From contig NC_092671.1 in assembly GCF_964355755.1 (NCBI RefSeq), positions 24,192,070 through 24,256,069 of the forward strand: a stretch of DNA of 64,000 nt, in the 5' to 3' direction. Position 1 is the first letter of the stretch; each line of letters begins with the position of its first letter. The DNA comes from Antedon mediterranea (taxonomy: Eukaryota; Animalia; Echinodermata). Positions 62,470 through 64,000 of the stretch are shown piece after piece. Below the pieces are notes generated by a model. The model was given only the letters and a program-made list of their open reading frames with translations. It searched no databases and was not told the DNA's origin. A program made the position numbers and the translations under genes.

Positions 62470-62943
62470 GATTCCTTTACAAATATCTGCAAACTTGGTA
62501 ACAGTTTCTGCTTATTATTAACCCCTTTTTTGTACGATCTCTTTCCCAACTTCGACTCTCCTGTGTGGTCTTGGTGTGGTCCGGTGGTGCACTCACTGTG
62601 TGGACGATTTATTGCACTACTGATTCAGCGCTCCTCGAATTCGAAGCGATTGGACAATGCACTCTTGATTTTCAGAAGCCGGCCAATCAGATTACATGTT
62701 TATAAAGTAGGAAGTACTACTAAAAAGTAAGTTAGTTGCTAGGCCTAGTGTTTTACCTATCCGAAGCGCGGCCGGAAAATGGGCGCGCCTCCTCTACACA
62801 ACATCGTGTGGTACCTGCTTGCTGGGTGCATGGGGTAGAAAACAGAAACAACCATCATCAAAAAGCTTCTATCTCTACTAGACCTATGCCCTCCTAGCTA
62901 GTCATTGGGGAGGAGAAGGAGTCAGTCTGTATTATAAGTAAGT
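62470..62943. promoter_or_regulatory. Putative bidirectional promoter with two divergent non-coding first exons
   Basis: Locally GC/CpG-richer. ATTGG at 62649, CCAAT at 62683, TTCGAA (CHR-like) at 62640, CCGGAA at ~62772. GTAAGT donors face outward on the minus (62469-62464) and plus (62938-62943) strands. Confidence 0.5.
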
Positions 62944-63124
62944 ATCGTTACGTTATTCGTGGTTTTATTTTCATTGGATTGAAATCTAGGCCTAGGCCTA
63001 GGCCTAGGCCTAGGCTAGCTAGGCCCCTAACTAATACCTATTAGTAATAGGCCTATGTATAGGCCCAGGCCTAGGTAGCTTAGCTAGCCTACCTAGCCTA
63101 GAAGAGGCCTAGGCTAGTTAGGCT

Positions 63125-63805
63125 GGTGTCAGATGAAATCGGTCGCGCTTGAAATTGGTCGCAATAAAAATAAAATCAATATTCCAGTATTTTGTATGGA
63201 ACGCCGCTAGATACGCTTTTTATCATTAGTTTACGTTATGATATCGGTTGCGTTTTATTTTGGTCGCGCTTTATTTTGGTCACGCTTATTTGTATGGTTC
63301 CAGGACGATTCGGCCCTGAGACGATTCGGCCCGGGACTATTCGGCCCACTTTTGGTGGGACGAAACGTCTCACTTTAGACCAAATTCATATTAATTTTTG
63401 TTGGTATTTATCAAGTTTTTAAAGGTGTTCAACAATCCGTATTTTATTGATATTGACAATGACAATGTTGATATAATAATAATATATATAATAAATTACT
63501 AAAAAAACAGAATTTTATATTCAATTTATTACTTCGAAAACCTTGTTTATTTCGTGCATTCGCCAAGCAACCAACAGAGGACGTAACTTGTTTACATCGT
63601 TCGCGTGACTAAAAAATGATCATTTTCGACAATGTTTTCAAAATGTTTGCTTTATTGCATCTTTATTCCTAGTAGTACTACCCTATCGTCTCTCTGAAAA
63701 TAAAGTTTGGGGAAAAAAGCTTATTTTATGCTTATAAAATGCATATCAAAGCCGATAAATTTAAGTGTGCCGAATCGTCTCAGGGCCGAATCGTCCCGGG
63801 CCGAA
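63125..63805. mobile_element. Left end of another GGTGTCAGATG-family copy with a nested GACGATTCGGCCC-repeat TIR fragment (63296-63805)
   Basis: ggtgtcagatgaaatcggtcgcg at 63125; gacgattcggccc repeats at ~63304-63347 are inverted at ~63769-63805. Confidence 0.65.
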
Positions 63806-64000
63806 AAATAAAAAAAAATTAACGATTGATAATAATATTTATTAACCAAATAAAAAATATCCACATAAATAAATTATTAAATAATAATAAGAAATCTAGT
63901 TCCTAAAAAATATAGAATAAATCTATACGAAGAAAATATATATCCTGCTACATCTCACTCCGATTTCAATCTCGACCGATATCATCAAAAGTATAGCTGT

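Overview
AT-rich metazoan (probably invertebrate) genomic DNA made mostly of nested, decayed transposable elements around one intact host gene that the ORF track misses. That gene is a minus-strand, five-coding-exon SPC24-like gene (NDC80 kinetochore subunit, 196 aa, CDS 47280->34423). It only assembles if two introns are read as U12-type (minor spliceosome): one AT-AC (46514->45616) and one GT-AG (34839->34530). Its 10.6-kb U2 intron 3 holds a three-level nest: Harbinger-like MITE > Helentron-type HINE > Kolobok element (TTAA TSD, THAP/DDE transposase, convergent KolX gene). The second KolX exon is on the SPC24 strand and splice-phase compatible with SPC24 exon 3. A probable bidirectional CCAAT promoter lies near 62.6-62.8 kb. 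The left half holds CR1/L2, L1/Tx1 (split by an Academ element) and Rex1-like LINEs, an intron-rich Ginger-type integrase gene with a PHD finger and triplicated microexons, a Helitron, an internally deleted Gypsy element, a hAT remnant, several MITEs, and two tandem arrays (one inverted head-to-head). All family assignments come from motif recognition by eye; no database search was run.
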